From Podarcis gaigeae (lineage: Eukaryota): DNA of 64,000 nt. The notes under the pieces were generated by a model, which was not told the origin of the DNA, did no database searches, and was given only the letters and a program-made list of their open reading frames with translations. The stretch lies in NCBI GenBank assembly GCA_964106915.2, contig OZ066915.1. One strand, 5' to 3'. This document shows positions 63,089 to 64,000 of this stretch, in pieces (position 1 is the stretch's first letter; every line of letters starts with the position of its first letter). The position numbers and the translations under genes are program-made.

Positions 63089-64000
63089 CCTTACGTCCAA
63101 ACGAAAGCAATATAGGTGCCTAACTGTCAGGACTGGTCATTGTCCTCTTCAGATCACCACACAAACACTTCTTGTTCTTTTATAACTTTTTATTGCATAT
63201 TAACAATCTTATAAACGGTTCTTATCTTTAACTATTATTCCTCAGAGTCACTTATTTCAGATACCTTCTGAGCTCTGCTTCTCCGTGACCAGCAACTCTC
63301 AAAATGGCGAACGCGCCATTCCTTTCGCTTTCCCGCTCTTTTTTCTAACCTCCTTGTTATAGCTAGCTTGTATCTCCTCTCCTCTGAATCTGAGCTATAT
63401 TAGATTCACTGCTCTCCTCCCTCCCTCTGGGAAACTGGAAACTTCTAACTCTTAAACTCTTCCCTGACACTAACTACCCAGCAACTACGTAGCATGTGGC
63501 TGTGGGTTTTCTCCCAAGGTTCCCTCTGCTTTTGTCCCAAGGCTTCATAGCCTCTGCCTGTTTGGTTTGTGCACACCGGGCGTCTCTTCCTAGATGAGCT
63601 CAGATGTAACCCCCACAGCTCTGACATGTTGGTGCCTAACAGCCTAAGCTCAGTTAAACAAGCCATTGTGATTAATTCTGGGTGCAAACCCTAGGAACTT
63701 GTGCAGTATTGTGGTTGGTGGGAATATTCCAATAGTCTGTTGGTGTCTTGCAGGTGTTTCCCCCCTGCAGGTGTAAGTGAGCATTTTTACCTTGGCCTGT
63801 GGACCACTGGGAATGCAAATCATACACCTGTTCCTGGGGTTGTGTTTCTTTTCAGTTCTGTTCCCTTGGCTTCCCTGGCACTGCTGCAGAGTGGCAGGTC
63901 AGATTTGCTGCATGACATGATTGTGCCAATACTTCTTACCATGCACCCTTCCTTCTTTCCACAGTGGCCTTGACCTGGACTGGCAGCCAGCTTAGACATG
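41682..64000 (+). CDS. USP36: Ubiquitin carboxyl-terminal hydrolase 36 (USP36), spliced CDS, 3'-partial (continues beyond the window)
   Basis: N-terminus [46 protein letters not shown]; Cys box [18 protein letters not shown]; QEDAHEFL; His box [16 protein letters not shown]; WYQMNDS; [14 protein letters not shown]; Lys-rich tracts; all introns GT-AG with consistent phases. Confidence 0.97.
42030..42245 (+). CDS. USP36: USP36 coding exon 2 (Cys box)
   Basis: [10 protein letters not shown]...[12 protein letters not shown]; acag| and |gtgagt. Confidence 0.96.
44247..44357 (+). CDS. USP36: USP36 coding exon 3
   Basis: [36 protein letters not shown]; gcag| and |gtaag. Confidence 0.96.
44940..45042 (+). 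CDS. USP36: USP36 coding exon 4
   Basis: [33 protein letters not shown]; |gtatg. Confidence 0.96.
45401..45468 (+). CDS. USP36: USP36 coding exon 5
   Basis: [22 protein letters not shown]; cccag| and |gtgag. Confidence 0.95.
45843..45913 (+). CDS. USP36: USP36 coding exon 6
   Basis: [23 protein letters not shown]; |gtatg. Confidence 0.95.
46356..46716 (-). mobile_element. L2-clade LINE 3' fragment
   Basis: Reverse-strand [15 protein letters not shown]-type motif and (TAA)n tail. Confidence 0.8.
46930..47012 (+). CDS. USP36: USP36 coding exon 7
   Basis: [27 protein letters not shown]; |gtgagt. Confidence 0.94.
47374..47588. mobile_element. Tc1/mariner-type MITE, family A
   Basis: TIRs, TA flanks. 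Confidence 0.9.
47818..47929 (+). CDS. USP36: USP36 coding exon 8
   Basis: [37 protein letters not shown]; |gtgag. Confidence 0.96.
48050..48957. repeat. Long inverted repeat (arms 48050-48332 and 48676-48957)
   Basis: Manual alignment, ~25 differences over ~283 bp. Confidence 0.92.
49143..49283 (+). CDS. USP36: USP36 coding exon 9 (His box)
   Basis: [16 protein letters not shown]...[10 protein letters not shown]; |gtgagt. Confidence 0.96.
49622..50252 (+). mobile_element. L2-clade LINE 3' fragment with (TTTTA)n tail
   Basis: Translation [14 protein letters not shown]...[30 protein letters not shown], typical of the L2 ORF2 C-terminus. Confidence 0.88.
50736..50836 (+). CDS. USP36: USP36 coding exon 10
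   Basis: [33 protein letters not shown]; |gtaagt. Confidence 0.96.
52659..52797 (+). CDS. USP36: USP36 coding exon 11
   Basis: [10 protein letters not shown]...SPLMSK; pyrimidine tract + aag|, |gtgaa; phase 2 to 0 fits. Confidence 0.88.
53104..53473 (+). mobile_element. Sauria SINE (different subfamily)
   Basis: Same head, B-box and (ACCTTT)n tail. Confidence 0.9.
53791..53869. repeat. Perfect 30-bp inverted repeat with 19-nt loop
   Basis: CCCCCTGCAGCCTGAAGTGGTACAATCCAC / GTGGATTGTACCACTTCAGGCTGCAGGGGG. Confidence 0.97.
54106..54795 (+). CDS. USP36: USP36 coding exon 12 (long low-complexity exon)
   Basis: RQDVTQ...KLKSP...[15 protein letters not shown]; tacag| and |gtgcg; 690 nt. Confidence 0.92.
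54915..55191 (-). mobile_element. tRNA-Lys-derived SINE (Squam2-like) interrupted by a hAT MITE
   Basis: 55125-55191 is the reverse complement of a degenerate tRNA-Lys(CTT); CR1-like tail toward 54915. Confidence 0.7.
54958..55091. mobile_element. hAT-type palindromic MITE
   Basis: 8-bp TSD ATCTAGTC at 54950-54957 and 55092-55099; related copies near 50470-50605, 46155-46270, 34620-34765, 25200-25325. Confidence 0.8.
56063..56178 (+). CDS. USP36: USP36 coding exon 13
   Basis: GSNTLQKL...TKTTHPV; ctacag| and |gtgag; phase 0 to 2 links the neighbouring exons. Confidence 0.8.
57836..58445 (+). mobile_element. L2-clade LINE 3' fragment, related to the 49622 copy
   Basis: Shared GAGGTCCCGGGCC...GCCTCAACCAGAGCCAGGGC; simple-repeat tail. 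Confidence 0.85.
58892..59416 (+). CDS. USP36: USP36 coding exon 14 (basic tracts [17 protein letters not shown])
   Basis: Open frame; ctag| and |gtgagt; phase 2-2. Confidence 0.85.
59635..59664 (+). CDS. USP36: USP36 candidate 30-nt microexon ([10 protein letters not shown])
   Basis: tcttttctgtgcag| and AG|gtaagt; symmetric phase 2-2, no stop. Confidence 0.6.
60506..60843 (-). mobile_element. Sauria SINE, slightly 5'-truncated
   Basis: Reverse complement of the 18441 copy; AAAGGT tail at the left end. Confidence 0.92.
61950..62345 (-). mobile_element. Degenerate L2-type 3' fragment containing (AT)n
   Basis: Similarity to the other L2 ends; boundaries approximate. Confidence 0.55.
62524..62783 (+). 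CDS. USP36: USP36 coding exon 16 ([16 protein letters not shown])
   Basis: ttttgcag| and |gtttg; resembles the human EESPRKKKKKK segment as recalled. Confidence 0.85.
63965..64000 (+). CDS. USP36: USP36 next coding exon, truncated by the window end ([12 protein letters not shown]...)
   Basis: Strong pyrimidine tract + cacag|; phase 1 fits; W-x-G matches the human VSWNG region as recalled. Confidence 0.65.

Noticed and set aside
63701-63973. 90-aa ORF near the window end
   Set aside because: No USP36 similarity; the better-supported exon starts at 63965 in another frame

Overview
Vertebrate genomic DNA, most likely a squamate and probably a lacertid lizard (inferred from Sauria-SINE/Squam-type SINEs, L2/CR1 LINE ends and TA-flanked Tc1/mariner MITEs). 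Two spliced + strand genes lie in the same tandem order as at human 17q25.3. TIMP2 is complete: 5 coding exons, 1890-31515, 663 nt = 220 aa, with a 25.4-kb first intron and a 3' UTR to about 33520. USP36 is 5'-complete and 3'-truncated: CpG-island promoter at about 36.7-38.1 kb, ATG at 41682, 17 coding exon segments running off the window end. There are two assembly gaps. I found no new protein-coding system; most ORF-track entries are artefacts. The most interesting signals are non-coding or splicing-level. (1) A perfect 30-bp-stem pre-miRNA-like hairpin and a ~280-bp-arm foldback in USP36 introns. (2) Two back-to-back solo LTRs just upstream of the USP36 promoter. (3) A splice-assembled uORF, a 30-nt microexon and a frameshifting alternative acceptor in USP36. 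(4) An inverted SINE pair bracketing four USP36 exons. (5) SINE insertions with 45-59-bp target duplications, one of them chimeric. (6) A DNA transposon carrying a 154-bp tandem array. (7) Apparent absence of the mammalian nested gene CEP295NL/DDC8. All homology statements are from memory, not from searches.
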